Below are positions 23,644 to 36,036 of a stretch of DNA of 64,000 nucleotides, one piece after another (the first letter of the stretch is position 1; each line of letters begins with the position of its first letter). The position numbers and the translations under genes were made by a program. Under the pieces are notes generated by a model, which had not been told where the DNA came from, ran no database searches, and saw only the letters and a list, made by a program, of their open reading frames with translations. Location: positions 192,001 to 256,000 of the forward strand of contig JBPOFY010000004.1 of NCBI GenBank assembly GCA_051252375.1, given 5' to 3'. The stretch comes from Opitutaceae bacterium (GTDB lineage Bacteria; Verrucomicrobiota; Verrucomicrobiia; Opitutales; Coraliomargaritaceae).

Positions 23644-24552
23644 CTAAGCTCGAGGGTGCGCCTGTTTATGCGCTTCCTTGAGTCGTGCAATGGATACGTG
23701 TGTGTAAATCTGCGTGGTCGATAGGTTGGCGTGGCCGAGCAGCTCCTGCACGGCGCGCAGATCGGCACCTTGATCCAGCATGTGCGTGGCAAAGGAGTGA
23801 CGGAGCTTATGCGGCGTCATGTCCAGCGGTAGCTCGGCCGCCGCGAGGTGTGTCTTCAGTAGCTTCTGGACCTGGCGAGGTTCCATGCGTTTGCCATTAC
23901 GCAGTGTGACCACGGCTGCCGCATAGTCGGCGGTCAGATCGAAGCGTTCGACAAATGCCCGCAAGCAACGGATCGCCACTGGTCCCAGCGGACATAAGCG
24001 CTCTTTGTTGCCCTTACCCAATACGCGGGCAATGCCCTGCCCCAGATCGATCTGCCCATGATTGAGCCCACAGAGTTCGCTCACCCGTAGGCCGCCGCCG
24101 TAGAGCATCTCTAAGATCAAACTATCGCGAAAGGCTTCATACTCGCCGATCTTGCCGTCTTTCCAGAGCGCGACCGGTGCATCGAGCAACTGTCGCATCT
24201 GCGACTCGGTCAGAAATTTCGGCAGTGGCTTATCGAGCTTGGGCAATGTCACGCCGGTAAATGGGTTGGACTCCACTGCACCGTGCTTACGCATGTAGAG
24301 ATAAAACGCACGTAGACCGGAAACATGATTGTGTAGCGTGCGCCGGGCTTTGACACGCCCCTGCTCGATCAAAAAGGAACGCACATGCAACGCGCGGACC
24401 GCAGCAAAGTCGCCCGTCCATTTACCTGCGGCTTCCATCCAAGTCACAAAGTTTTCCACCGCCGCCCGATAGTTGCGCACGGTATATACGGAAACACGTC
24501 GCTCCAAAGCGAGATGGTCGCAAAACTGATCGAGGTGCGGAATCGTGGACAT
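23644..24552 (-). CDS. xerC: Chromosomal tyrosine recombinase XerC-like
   Basis: LYGGGLRVSEL, GKGNKER, HKLRHSFATH, VQELLGH, TTQIYTH, ends AHPRA. Confidence 0.85.
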   Translation of the reverse strand: MSTIPHLDQFCDHLALERRVSVYTVRNYRAAVENFVTWMEAAGKWTGDFAAVRALHVRSFLIEQGRVKARRTLHNHVSGLRAFYLYMRKHGAVESNPFTGVTLPKLDKPLPKFLTESQMRQLLDAPVALWKDGKIGEYEAFRDSLILEMLYGGGLRVSELCGLNHGQIDLGQGIARVLGKGNKERLCPLGPVAIRCLRAFVERFDLTADYAAAVVTLRNGKRMEPRQVQKLLKTHLAAAELPLDMTPHKLRHSFATHMLDQGADLRAVQELLGHANLSTTQIYTHVSIARLKEAHKQAHPRA

Positions 24553-24592
24553 AGAACTGTGCGTGCGATCTACGCCGCACCTGTGGGAAATC

Positions 24593-25378
24593 TTACTTCC
24601 CCAAATTGAAGCGTTCAATCACTTCGTCCGCAAAATAGCGATAGGCGTTCGCGCCATTACTATTGGGGTCATACTCAAAAATGGACTGCCCAAAGCTAGG
24701 CGATTCACTGAGACGTATCGAACGAGGAATCATGCTACGGAAAACAAGGTCATCAAAGTGATTACGCACCTCGCCAACGACTTGATGGCTCAAATTCGTG
24801 CGCTGATCAAACATCGTCATCAAGATACCACCAAGCTGGAGGCCTTCATTGACATCGGCTTCACGTAGCTTCTCCACCACTTTCAGGATTTGACCAAGAC
24901 CTTCCATGGCCAAGTATTCGCACTGCAATGCAATCAGGAGATAATCGGCCGCAGCCAAGCTGTTCATCGACAACATCCCGAGCGCGGGTGGACAATCGAG
25001 TATGATCGCATCGTAGTCACCGCACTCACGGAGCGGAGCCAGGCACTCTCGGAGTTGCACAAGATAGTTCTCACGCTGAAAGAGCTCGATCTCAATAGCC
25101 GCCATATCCACCTCCGAGGGGATCATGAAAAGACAGTCACTCGCGCCGACAGGTTGCACTTTCTCTAGAGCAGAGCCCTCGCCACAAAGCGGACCATAGA
25201 GACTGCCCCCTTCGAGCTTTTCAAGACCGAGGCCACTGGTGGCATTGGCCTGTGGGTCTAAGTCGACCAGCACGGTGCGCACACCGCTATCAGCCAATGC
25301 ATAGCTGAGATTAATCGCGGTCGTCGTTTTACCGACACCACCTTTTTGATTCGCAATCGTAAATACCGTAGCAGACAT
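24593..25378 (-). CDS. parA: ParA/Soj family ATPase
   Basis: NQKGGVGKTT, DLDPQANAT, DCPP, QCEYLAMEGL, IPRSIRLSESPSFG. Confidence 0.9.
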   Translation of the reverse strand: MSATVFTIANQKGGVGKTTTAINLSYALADSGVRTVLVDLDPQANATSGLGLEKLEGGSLYGPLCGEGSALEKVQPVGASDCLFMIPSEVDMAAIEIELFQRENYLVQLRECLAPLRECGDYDAIILDCPPALGMLSMNSLAAADYLLIALQCEYLAMEGLGQILKVVEKLREADVNEGLQLGGILMTMFDQRTNLSHQVVGEVRNHFDDLVFRSMIPRSIRLSESPSFGQSIFEYDPNSNGANAYRYFADEVIERFNLGK

Positions 25379-25431
25379 AACTGTAGTGATAGCTCGAGGC
25401 ACCCACCCGTCGAGCAGAAAGCAAGTGAACC

Positions 25432-26970
25432 TTAAGATGCCTCGGGAGGGTCACCTTGCAGGATAGAATTAACTCGGTCCGCTAAATTATCTGCGGTGTA
25501 TGGTTTGGCCAAGAAATCCAGCACGCCGCACGCCTTAATCGATTGAATCTTCTCGCGCTGTTTGTGCCCGCTGGAAACGAGGATTTTCACACTTGGATTC
25601 AATTTTTTCAAGGCACGACACAGAGCGGGTCCATCCATAAAGGGCATCTCCACATTCGTCACCACCATGCTGATTTCGTTGAGCCGGCTGGCGTATGCTG
25701 CAAGGGCCTCCGTGCCGTCTTGCGCAGTAATCACATTGTAGCCACGCTCTTCGAGCGTCTTCTTAATCGTCTCACGGATAAAGAACTCATCGTCCGCGAC
25801 CAATATCAACAGACCATTGCCCTCTTTCTCGACAGGAAACGGTGGCGCGGAGGCCGCAAGCTCCTCAACTTTCGGATCGGCTGGCAAAAAGAGACTCAAA
25901 GTCGTGCCCTCTCCATGCGTGCTCTCAAGAACCATAAAGCCTCTATGGCCCTTGATGATTGCCTGTGAACTGGCGAGCCCGAAACCAAAGCCCTGCTTCG
26001 GCGACTTTGTCGTAAAAAACGGCTCGGCGACATGCTGTATAATGTGCTCTTCAATACCGTGCCCCGTATCAGTGAATATGATGCTCACGTAGGCACCGGC
26101 TTTCGCTTCTGGGGCTAGATTTTCAAAGTTTTCATCGAACAAACGATTGCTGACTTGAACTTTGAGCTTACCGCCGTCGGGCATCGCCTCGTTGGCGTTC
26201 TGAACAACACTCTCAAATACCTTACTCAGCTCACCGACATCACCTCGGATCTCCCAAAGGTCATCGGCTACTTCGAGCTCGAACTTGACAGACTCGGGAA
26301 GTATCGGCGTCGCCATACGGTTAATCGCCCGCTCTACCTGTGTCTTACGGAGGACATCCATGCCGCCGCCTCTGCCTCGCTCAAACGACAGTAAATCAGC
26401 AATCAACGCGGCCCCCTTGGTAGCGCATTTCTCGATCATCGAAACCATGTTCTTGGACTTTTCACCTTCGACCGAACGCTTCAACATCGCCGCCGACAAC
26501 ATGATCGGCGCCAGCGCATTGTTTAATTCATGAGCAAAGCCACCCGCCAAAATACTGGACGACTGCACATGGTGTGCACGCTCTGCTGCGTCTTCAATCT
26601 TACGCTCTTCAGTGATGTCAGTATTGAACGAAATCACGACCGCAGGCTGACCCGTCGCATCACGATGTAGCTGCTGCCGAACTTGAACTAGATACTCGTC
26701 GCCATTACGATCAATCTGCCGCAACTCACCTGCCCACGTGCCTTGATCATGTAAGGCCTCTACTGCTTCCGCCCGAGGTTCTGCATCAAGATAAAAAATC
26801 TTGGTAATCGCGCGCCCAATAATTTCGTCGGCAGTCCAGCCATAAAGCTTCTCAGCACTAGGGTTCCATGCCAATACGACATCATTCAAATCATGCACAA
26901 CCACGGCATCAGGCGCAGCGGTGAAAATTTCCTCATATGAGAGCGGAAGAGGTGGTTTGGGGGCATCCAT
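25432..26970 (-). CDS. Cytoplasmic PAS-histidine kinase-receiver hybrid
   Basis: N-terminal PAS (WNPSAEKLYGW), AHELNN H-box, EPFFTTK, C-terminal receiver whose phospho-Asp position appears as N (VVTNVEMP). Confidence 0.88.
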   Translation of the reverse strand: MDAPKPPLPLSYEEIFTAAPDAVVVHDLNDVVLAWNPSAEKLYGWTADEIIGRAITKIFYLDAEPRAEAVEALHDQGTWAGELRQIDRNGDEYLVQVRQQLHRDATGQPAVVISFNTDITEERKIEDAAERAHHVQSSSILAGGFAHELNNALAPIMLSAAMLKRSVEGEKSKNMVSMIEKCATKGAALIADLLSFERGRGGGMDVLRKTQVERAINRMATPILPESVKFELEVADDLWEIRGDVGELSKVFESVVQNANEAMPDGGKLKVQVSNRLFDENFENLAPEAKAGAYVSIIFTDTGHGIEEHIIQHVAEPFFTTKSPKQGFGFGLASSQAIIKGHRGFMVLESTHGEGTTLSLFLPADPKVEELAASAPPFPVEKEGNGLLILVADDEFFIRETIKKTLEERGYNVITAQDGTEALAAYASRLNEISMVVTNVEMPFMDGPALCRALKKLNPSVKILVSSGHKQREKIQSIKACGVLDFLAKPYTADNLADRVNSILQGDPPEAS

Positions 26971-27055
26971 TGTATTAGTCAGCCACTTATATCGGATCCA
27001 GCCGAACAGGCAATTGCATATTTAGTAGATAAACTCATAAATCTGACTCCTGCAA

Positions 27056-27187
27056 ATGCATACGCTAAACGCATACTACGCCAAAATCCCCGAAAACCGT
27101 GCCTCACGCCTTAGGCAGCTAAAAGATCGCACGGAGATGGACGAGACCTTGATCGCGGAAGCCATACGCCGTGCGCTCCATCTCTAA
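27056..27187 (+). CDS. Possible 43-aa ribbon-helix-helix-like protein (not in the ORF track)
   Basis: Hand translation MHTLNAYYAKIPENRASRLRQLKDRTEMDETLIAEAIRRALHL*; strand-helix-helix pattern. Confidence 0.4.
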   Translation: MHTLNAYYAKIPENRASRLRQLKDRTEMDETLIAEAIRRALHL

Positions 27188-27303
27188 TACATGCCAAAAG
27201 CTCAGCAATGAAGCGGCGCAACTGCCTTTTCGAGTTTGCCAGCCGTATGGAAAACCGCACAACGAAAGCCTCACGCGTTTCTAAATTCGAAATTAAAAAT
27301 TAC

Positions 27304-28545
<1,242 letters not shown>

Positions 28546-28571
28546 TTCGCCACCCTACCGAAAAGTTTTAC

Positions 28572-28604
28572 AGCCGAAATCCGCCTCGCGGGTTTCGGCT
28601 TTTT
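28572..28604 (+). terminator. Intrinsic terminator after pfp
   Basis: AGCCGAAATCCGC-CTC-GCGGGTTTCGGCT followed by a T run. Confidence 0.75.
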
Positions 28605-28608
28605 CATG

Positions 28609-29508
28609 TCACGAAAGAAGCGCTTGGTAACCTTCCCTAAAATCAGAATACTTTGGCGCCCAACCGAGCAGGGACTTCGCCTTCGTGTTTGAAATTTTGC
28701 GGTCTGGCATACGACCGCCCCTTCGGGTCACGCGCGAAGACACATTGTCCGGATCAAATGCCGGCACTGCCATCTCCAACTCTTTAGCCAACCACTCGAC
28801 GAGTGCAGCCTTCGAGGAAGGTGAATCGTCCGCGATATTATAGATGCCCGATGGAGCCGTTTCTGCGCTGAGTGCAGCACATAAGGCGGAAACGATGTCC
28901 TCCAAATGTATCAAATTCAAAGTATAGTCACCGCGCCCAGCAATCGTAGTGATCCCATCCCGTAGTTGATCCAGTAGGTAGTGGCGTTTTGGTCCATAAA
29001 TGCCAGCCAATCGCAACACATACCAGCGCCCAAGCCTCGCCGCCGCATCGGCGATCAATTGCTCAGATTCAAGAATCACTTTCCCAGTCTCCGGCGCGCC
29101 ATTCGTATCCGCCGACTCATCGACACTCACAGCACCATCTTGTGGGTAAACTGAAGTGCTACTGGTATATACATAGCAACGGATCGAGCGGCCTTCGGTC
29201 CATTTCAAAATCGATGCCTGACCAGCCAAGTAAGATTGCCGATAGCCCTCCAGCCCACCGCCCGCGGAACTCACGCAATTCACGATGGCCTCATATTCGC
29301 CAGACAACTCCTCATGCCATGAACTTGCCTGTAAATCAGCGACGACGACCTCCGCCACACCCATTTCGCGTAAGCGTGCGGCCTTTTCAGGGTTACGAGT
29401 CAATGCACCCACCCTTACGCCAGCCGCAATACAATGGGCCGCCAGAGCCGTGCCGACGTAGCCACATCCAAAAATCATTAAAGACTTTGGTAGAGAATCT
29501 GTAGTCAT
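28609..29508 (-). CDS. NAD-dependent epimerase/atypical SDR
   Basis: IFGCGYVG, YTSSTSVY, LRLAGIYGP, IHLED. Confidence 0.85.
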   Translation of the reverse strand: MTTDSLPKSLMIFGCGYVGTALAAHCIAAGVRVGALTRNPEKAARLREMGVAEVVVADLQASSWHEELSGEYEAIVNCVSSAGGGLEGYRQSYLAGQASILKWTEGRSIRCYVYTSSTSVYPQDGAVSVDESADTNGAPETGKVILESEQLIADAAARLGRWYVLRLAGIYGPKRHYLLDQLRDGITTIAGRGDYTLNLIHLEDIVSALCAALSAETAPSGIYNIADDSPSSKAALVEWLAKELEMAVPAFDPDNVSSRVTRRGGRMPDRKISNTKAKSLLGWAPKYSDFREGYQALLS

Positions 29509-29542
29509 CTGAGTCGGCTCGGCACACATATCGTATCGGTAG

Positions 29543-30577
<1,035 letters not shown>

Positions 30578-30616
30578 CACCCCACCCATCACTTTACACA
30601 TCACACTCAAATACAC

Positions 30617-31648
30617 ATGACTCCACGTGAACGTTTTCTCGCCGCCGCACACTGCCAACCTGTTGATCGCCCGCCGATCTGGCTCATGCGACAAGCTGGC
30701 CGCTACCTCCCAGAATACCGCGAACTCAAAGCACAGCACGACTTCGTCACCATGGTGCGCACACCCGAGCTGGCAGCCGAAGTCACGCTACAACCGATGC
30801 GACGCTTCCCGCTCGATGCCGCCATTATTTTTTCCGACATTCTCGTCATTCCAGAAGCACTCGGGCAAGGCTACCACTTCCGCGAACAAGGCGGCATCGG
30901 CATGGATTACCTCCTCGATTCTCCTGAGAAAATTGCTGCACTCGACAGCAGCAAAATCACCGAACGCCTCGCTTACGTCGCCGATGCACTCAGCCTAACC
31001 CGCACGAAACTCGGAGAGGACACCGCGCTACTCGGCTTCTGCGGATCTCCCTGGACGCTCGCTTGCTACATGATCGAAGGCGGCTCCGCCAAAGACTTTA
31101 TCGCGATCAAAAAACTCGCATGGGAACACCCCGATCAGTTTGAAGCACTGATGCAAAAACTGACCAATGCGATCGTCGAATATCTGCACATGCAAATCGA
31201 TGCCGGAGCGGATGCCCTGCAAATTTTCGACTCGTGGGGTTCTATTTGCCCAGCCACGCACTATGAAGCTTGGTCCCTGCGCTGGATACACCACATCATC
31301 AATGAGCTCAAAGGTCGTGTCCCTGTCATACTTTACGCAAAGGGCATGGGGCACAAAGCAGCCGACCTCATCCATACCGGAGCCTCCATTCTCAGCATGG
31401 ACTGGACGATCAACCTCCGCCGTATGCGCCAATCACTCGGCCATGGTATCGCCGTTCAAGGCAACCTCGACCCCATCACACTGACAACCACGCCGGTAAC
31501 CACACGACGCGAAGCAATCCGTGTTCTAGAAGAAGCCGGCAAACAACCTGGTCACATATTTAATCTCGGTCACGGCATGGTCCCCAGCGCTAAAATTGAA
31601 TGCGTCGAAGCCCTGATGGAAGTCGTGACTGGGCGCAAAAATGCCTAA
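30617..31648 (+). CDS. hemE: Uroporphyrinogen decarboxylase
   Basis: PIWLMRQAGRYLPEY, DAAIIFSDIL, QIFDSW, HIFNLGHG. Confidence 0.97.
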   Translation: MTPRERFLAAAHCQPVDRPPIWLMRQAGRYLPEYRELKAQHDFVTMVRTPELAAEVTLQPMRRFPLDAAIIFSDILVIPEALGQGYHFREQGGIGMDYLLDSPEKIAALDSSKITERLAYVADALSLTRTKLGEDTALLGFCGSPWTLACYMIEGGSAKDFIAIKKLAWEHPDQFEALMQKLTNAIVEYLHMQIDAGADALQIFDSWGSICPATHYEAWSLRWIHHIINELKGRVPVILYAKGMGHKAADLIHTGASILSMDWTINLRRMRQSLGHGIAVQGNLDPITLTTTPVTTRREAIRVLEEAGKQPGHIFNLGHGMVPSAKIECVEALMEVVTGRKNA

Positions 31649-32993
31649 AACTTGCATCATTGGCGCTGGAATCAGCGGGCTCACACTAGCATGGCAAATC
31701 AAGAGCCAAGGCGGTGAATGCCTCGTGCTTGAACAGTCCTCAAATGTGGGCGGTGCAATGCGGAGCCATCGGCAAGACCAGTATCTAGCCGAAGAAGGTC
31801 CCAACTCGATCCTACTCAATAGCGCCGAAATCGAAGCGTTCCTCTATAGCATTCCAAAACTGAAAGAGCGCATTATCGAAGCCGCTCCCGAAGCAAAGAA
31901 GCGCTTCATCGTCCGCAACGGCAAGCCGCACCCCGTCCCAATGGGTCCGATCTCCGCGATCACCACACCGCTGTGGTCCTTCGCTGGAAAGCTGCGTGTG
32001 CTGAAGGAACCATTCATTAAGGCAATCGATCCCGACACCGAGGAAAGCGTCGCCGACTTTGTGCGTCGTCGCCTAGGCGACCAACTATATCGCTACGCCA
32101 TCAATCCCTTGGTAGGCGGCATATACGCCGGCGACCCCGAAAAACTTTCCTTACGCTACGGGTTCCCGAAGCTATATGCACTGGAGCAAGAACACGGAGG
32201 TCTTATCCGCGGAGCCATCGCCAAAATGCGTAGTTCACGTGCGGCGCAAGGTCCCAAGTTCCGGAAGCGCATCATCTCCTTCAAAGATGGCATGGGTGAA
32301 TTTCCAGATGCCATTGCCAACGCATTGAACGACTCTCTGCAACTCAACGTATCCATTGAATCAATACGAAAATCCGACAGCGGCTGGCAGGTCGAATGGC
32401 AAACACCCCAAGGACCACAATCCGAGTCTTTCGACAAGCTCGTCGTCACCGTTCCTGCGCATCGCTTGCGCAAGCTTCCCTTCGAAGAAACACTCGCGAA
32501 ACAGCTAGATGCACTACCTAAGATTGATTACCCGCCAGTATCTGTGCTCAGCCTGGGCGTAAAAAAGGAAGATGTCTCCCATCCGATGGATGGCTTCGGA
32601 GCACTGGTGCCCGAATGCGAACAAAGGAACATCCTCGGCGTGCTATTTCCCTCTAGCCTCTTTAACGATCGTGCGCCAGAAGGCGAAGCCTTACTGACCG
32701 TATTCGTCGGTGGCGAACGTCAACCCGAACTTGCCACAGCGAACACCGACCAGTTGCTCGCAACCGTCTTACCCGAACTGCAATCGCTGATCGACATGGC
32801 GGGCAAACCAACCTTCGTCCACCACAAGCATTGGGATCAAGCCATCCCCCAGTATAAACTCGGCTACGGAAAAGTCCTCGAAGCTATCGACCAAATCGAA
32901 GCCACTGCGCCCGGCCTATGTCTCACCGGGAATTACCGAACAGGCATCTCGGTCAGCTACTGCATCGAGGCGGCTCTCAATCACGACTTATGA
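31641..32993 (+). CDS. hemY: HemY-type flavin protoporphyrinogen oxidase
   Basis: IIGAGISGL, EEGPNS, GIYAGDP, GFGALVP, AIPQY; follows hemE. Confidence 0.92.
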   Translation: MPKTCIIGAGISGLTLAWQIKSQGGECLVLEQSSNVGGAMRSHRQDQYLAEEGPNSILLNSAEIEAFLYSIPKLKERIIEAAPEAKKRFIVRNGKPHPVPMGPISAITTPLWSFAGKLRVLKEPFIKAIDPDTEESVADFVRRRLGDQLYRYAINPLVGGIYAGDPEKLSLRYGFPKLYALEQEHGGLIRGAIAKMRSSRAAQGPKFRKRIISFKDGMGEFPDAIANALNDSLQLNVSIESIRKSDSGWQVEWQTPQGPQSESFDKLVVTVPAHRLRKLPFEETLAKQLDALPKIDYPPVSVLSLGVKKEDVSHPMDGFGALVPECEQRNILGVLFPSSLFNDRAPEGEALLTVFVGGERQPELATANTDQLLATVLPELQSLIDMAGKPTFVHHKHWDQAIPQYKLGYGKVLEAIDQIEATAPGLCLTGNYRTGISVSYCIEAALNHDL

Positions 32994-33580
32994 AGTTCCC
33001 GATTACTCTGCTCATAGCTTACCTCGGTCTCTTTATCGTTTGCGGCATAGCGCCCTATGACCGCGGAGTATGGATCGCAGAGAATCTTCCGATTATATTT
33101 ATCGTGGTTGGCATCGGCATATTCTCCATTTTTCATCGCTTTTCAAACCTCTCCTACAGCCTCATGGCTGTTCTGATTGTGCTCCACACTATTGGCGGAC
33201 ACTTTACTTTTGAGCGTGTCCCCTTTGGATTCGTCAGCGATTTATTCGACTTCGAGCGCAACCACTATGATCGCATAGCACACTTTTCCGTCGGCTTCTA
33301 CGCCTTCGCAATCGCCGAATTGATGACGGCTAAAAAGGCAGTGAACAGCCGAACCATTCTCTACCTCTTCCCCATATTTTCAATTTTCACCGTGGCAGCT
33401 GTTTACGAGATCTTTGAATGGCAATTCGCACTCATGGCCGATCCCGAGGCAGGCATCGCAGTGCTCGGATCTCAAGGCGACATCTGGGATGCCCAGAAAG
33501 ATATGCTTGCTGATGGCTTAGGCGCAATCGCCGCAATGTGCTTGTTTGCAATCCTCCGCCACAAGAAAGCGAGCAATTGA
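32990..33580 (+). CDS. DUF2238 membrane protein
   Basis: LHTIGGHFTFERVP, RNHYDRIAHF, YEIFEW, GSQGDIWDAQKDM. Confidence 0.85.
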   Translation: MKFPITLLIAYLGLFIVCGIAPYDRGVWIAENLPIIFIVVGIGIFSIFHRFSNLSYSLMAVLIVLHTIGGHFTFERVPFGFVSDLFDFERNHYDRIAHFSVGFYAFAIAELMTAKKAVNSRTILYLFPIFSIFTVAAVYEIFEWQFALMADPEAGIAVLGSQGDIWDAQKDMLADGLGAIAAMCLFAILRHKKASN

Positions 33581-33581
33581 T

Positions 33582-34586
33582 TCATTCAGTTCGAATGTGA
33601 AGCCACTTCACGAAGAGCGGTGAAAGCACTCCCGCCAGTATCAATTGAAGCGGATGAAATAAAATAAGCGGCATCAAGAGCAGAGCCGAATCCATTTCCA
33701 GCGACACCGAAGCCAATACTGCCGTAGTTAATGGCACACCTGTTGCCAAAGACTTTTGACTGGCGCTAAAAAAAGCCGCGACTCGCTCCTCCGGATTGAA
33801 ACGCAACCACCCGCACGACCACCAAACGAGCACGCTCGTGAGCATCAAAACGGCGCACACTACGCCCAACACTTGAATCAATTGAACGAACGAGAGCCGA
33901 TCCAATACACCCGACTGCACACCATTCGCAAAAGCGACATGAACAATAAAAAGAATGATCCAGCTACTAATTCGTTTTTGATAGGGACTTAAAGATTCGG
34001 CGACACTTCGAAATACTCGTCGAACGCCCTGCCCCAGCAATAAAGGTAAAATCACCAATAAAGTAAGCTTACCCAGCAATGGCAGTAAAGGCACAGAGAC
34101 CGATGCTTCGACCGATAAATAGACCGCGGCAAGCACCGGGAAAAGAAAGACCGCCAGCACGTTGGATAACACCGTCGAAAAAATCGCATTGGCAGTATGC
34201 CCTCCAGATAACGATGTGAAGGTAACAGCCGAGGCAATTGTAGTCGGCATCATCGCCAACACCCAAAAGCCCAACTTAAACTCAGGCAGTAGCCAATCGC
34301 TTGAAGCAAGCAAGACGCCACTCACTACGACTGCAAACAATAGGAAATTCCAAAGCAGCACATAAACATGTAAGCGCAGCGGTCGAAAGCCAGACATGAG
34401 CTGACGTAGCGGCAAAGAGAGCCCGAGCAAAAAGAAGATAACAGATATTCCGAGCTTGGTCGTCCATTCGGAGTGTAACACACCACCTGTTGCCGCGGGC
34501 ATAGGACAAACAATCGCTAAGCCCACCGCCACGCACAGCCAGACTGTAAATGCCCACTGCCGCCACAATGTCAGCATCCGGCCCAT
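33582..34586 (-). CDS. Bile acid:sodium symporter family protein
   Basis: FFLLGLSL, MPTTIAS, SQKSLATGVP, FHPLQL. Confidence 0.85.
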   Translation of the reverse strand: MGRMLTLWRQWAFTVWLCVAVGLAIVCPMPAATGGVLHSEWTTKLGISVIFFLLGLSLPLRQLMSGFRPLRLHVYVLLWNFLLFAVVVSGVLLASSDWLLPEFKLGFWVLAMMPTTIASAVTFTSLSGGHTANAIFSTVLSNVLAVFLFPVLAAVYLSVEASVSVPLLPLLGKLTLLVILPLLLGQGVRRVFRSVAESLSPYQKRISSWIILFIVHVAFANGVQSGVLDRLSFVQLIQVLGVVCAVLMLTSVLVWWSCGWLRFNPEERVAAFFSASQKSLATGVPLTTAVLASVSLEMDSALLLMPLILFHPLQLILAGVLSPLFVKWLHIRTE

Positions 34587-35284
34587 TAGAAAGGATGGCA
34601 GACCCAGTTTTCGGCACCTTCAATACCGAGCGTCGTGCGTAGTCGCCACGCCACTACTAGTGCGGCAATTAACGCGACGGCTCGTTGCACCTTTACCAAA
34701 GTTACAGGGCTCAATCGACCGTTCAGTCGCATGAACTGAGTTTGCGCTAACCACAACAAAGGAATGGTGCCCAAGCCAAAGCCAATCGCAAACTCCGCGC
34801 CCTTTAGCGCAGAGCCGGAAAAGAGCGCGAGACCAAAAATCATATACAATGGACCACACGGCAGTAGCGGGCTGGCAAAACCGATGAGTCCTGCCGCCAC
34901 TGGTTTCTGCAATTTACTGAAACGTTGAGTAGCTCCACGATAGAACTTCCCCAGCCACTTCGGTTTTGGAAAAAAACGATCGAGGCGGAAAGCAACCGCG
35001 AGGAAGAATACGACCAATATCCAAGGTAAATAATTCAACCAGGAGCTCTCTACGGAACGAATGACGACACTGCCGAATGCTCCCGCTAAAGTGCCGACGA
35101 GTGCATACGAAAATAGTTTAGCCAGATGATAACTGGTTAATACCAATTGAGGATTCGCGTCACTTGCTTTCGTTGGCGTGAAAGCGCAAGAGAGCGGACC
35201 ACACATCGCCACACAATGCACACTGGTAATTAAACCAGCAATGAGCGCAGTGTAGGCATTGTATATTGTCTGGTACTCGACCAT
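34586..35284 (-). CDS. DsbD_2 / TauE-SafE-like membrane protein
   Basis: SVHCVAMCGP, LLPCGPLY, FGLGTIP. Confidence 0.8.
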   Translation of the reverse strand: MVEYQTIYNAYTALIAGLITSVHCVAMCGPLSCAFTPTKASDANPQLVLTSYHLAKLFSYALVGTLAGAFGSVVIRSVESSWLNYLPWILVVFFLAVAFRLDRFFPKPKWLGKFYRGATQRFSKLQKPVAAGLIGFASPLLPCGPLYMIFGLALFSGSALKGAEFAIGFGLGTIPLLWLAQTQFMRLNGRLSPVTLVKVQRAVALIAALVVAWRLRTTLGIEGAENWVCHPF

Positions 35285-35305
35285 TTCGAAATCCTCAGCG
35301 TAAAC

Positions 35306-35755
35306 CTAGCGTGTCGGCTCTGAAGCCTCATTATACAAAACGGTATAAAGCACACCCAACAAGTTTCTACGCGTCACACGATCTTTGTCCTCCCGCGCGT
35401 TATTGATTCCCTTTGCAATCCAAGCTTCACTGCCGGCTCGGCGGATCAACTGGTGCAAAACACGATAACCATCCTTGTTTGTATAGCCCACAGTCATTCC
35501 CGCCTCGAGATCTTCAAAATCAATTGGTCGCACAATGATGATCGTATTTTTAGTAAGCACTGGCTCCATCGAAGTGCCACTGGTGCGTGCCATGTATGCA
35601 CCACTGTCATTGAACTTCACCATCTGCCCCAACTTAAATGCCTCATTATAATCAATCGGTGCAAAAGTCGTATTCTTAGATGACGCAGTCGTATTACAGC
35701 CGGTAAGTAATGCGAGAAGCGACAACGCAAAGAGTAAAATCAACTTAGGATACAT
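35306..35755 (-). CDS. Lipoprotein with S26 (SipW/SEC11-like) peptidase domain
   Basis: Lipobox LLTGC; GTSMEP, VLHQL, AKGINN...ED motifs parallel GSMEP / IVHR / TKGDNN...D. Confidence 0.75.
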   Translation of the reverse strand: MYPKLILLFALSLLALLTGCNTTASSKNTTFAPIDYNEAFKLGQMVKFNDSGAYMARTSGTSMEPVLTKNTIIIVRPIDFEDLEAGMTVGYTNKDGYRVLHQLIRRAGSEAWIAKGINNAREDKDRVTRRNLLGVLYTVLYNEASEPTR

Positions 35756-35914
35756 GCGATACAGGATTAGCATCTAAGGTATTATAGCAAGCCACATCAG
35801 GTTTAGAAGAATCGCACTTATTGATAAAAAAAGGCGCGCGACCATATTTGGCAAAACTCAAGCCCATCCGTAAAAATAAAGACGCTTATCAATCACTTAC
35901 AACGACTTACAATT

Positions 35915-35938
35915 CATCTACGTGATTTTACGTAGATG
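35915..35938. promoter_or_regulatory. Palindromic candidate operator CATCTACGT-GATTTT-ACGTAGATG
   Basis: Perfect 9-bp arms in the divergent promoter region; preceded by 10-bp direct repeats AATCACTTAC AACGACTTAC (35891-35910). Confidence 0.6.
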
Positions 35939-36036
35939 GAATACGTTCTATTTTTTTGAAATTTCAGAGAATAAAGGCGGCAGAATACAAGCTTCCCGCG
36001 ATACCGCAGTGATCCAAAAGAGGGTATTCTTTGGGC

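Noticed and set aside
23644..25378. xerC plus parA as an integrative element or prophage
   Set aside because: Both look chromosomal, flanking genes are housekeeping, and no att repeats or mobility genes are seen
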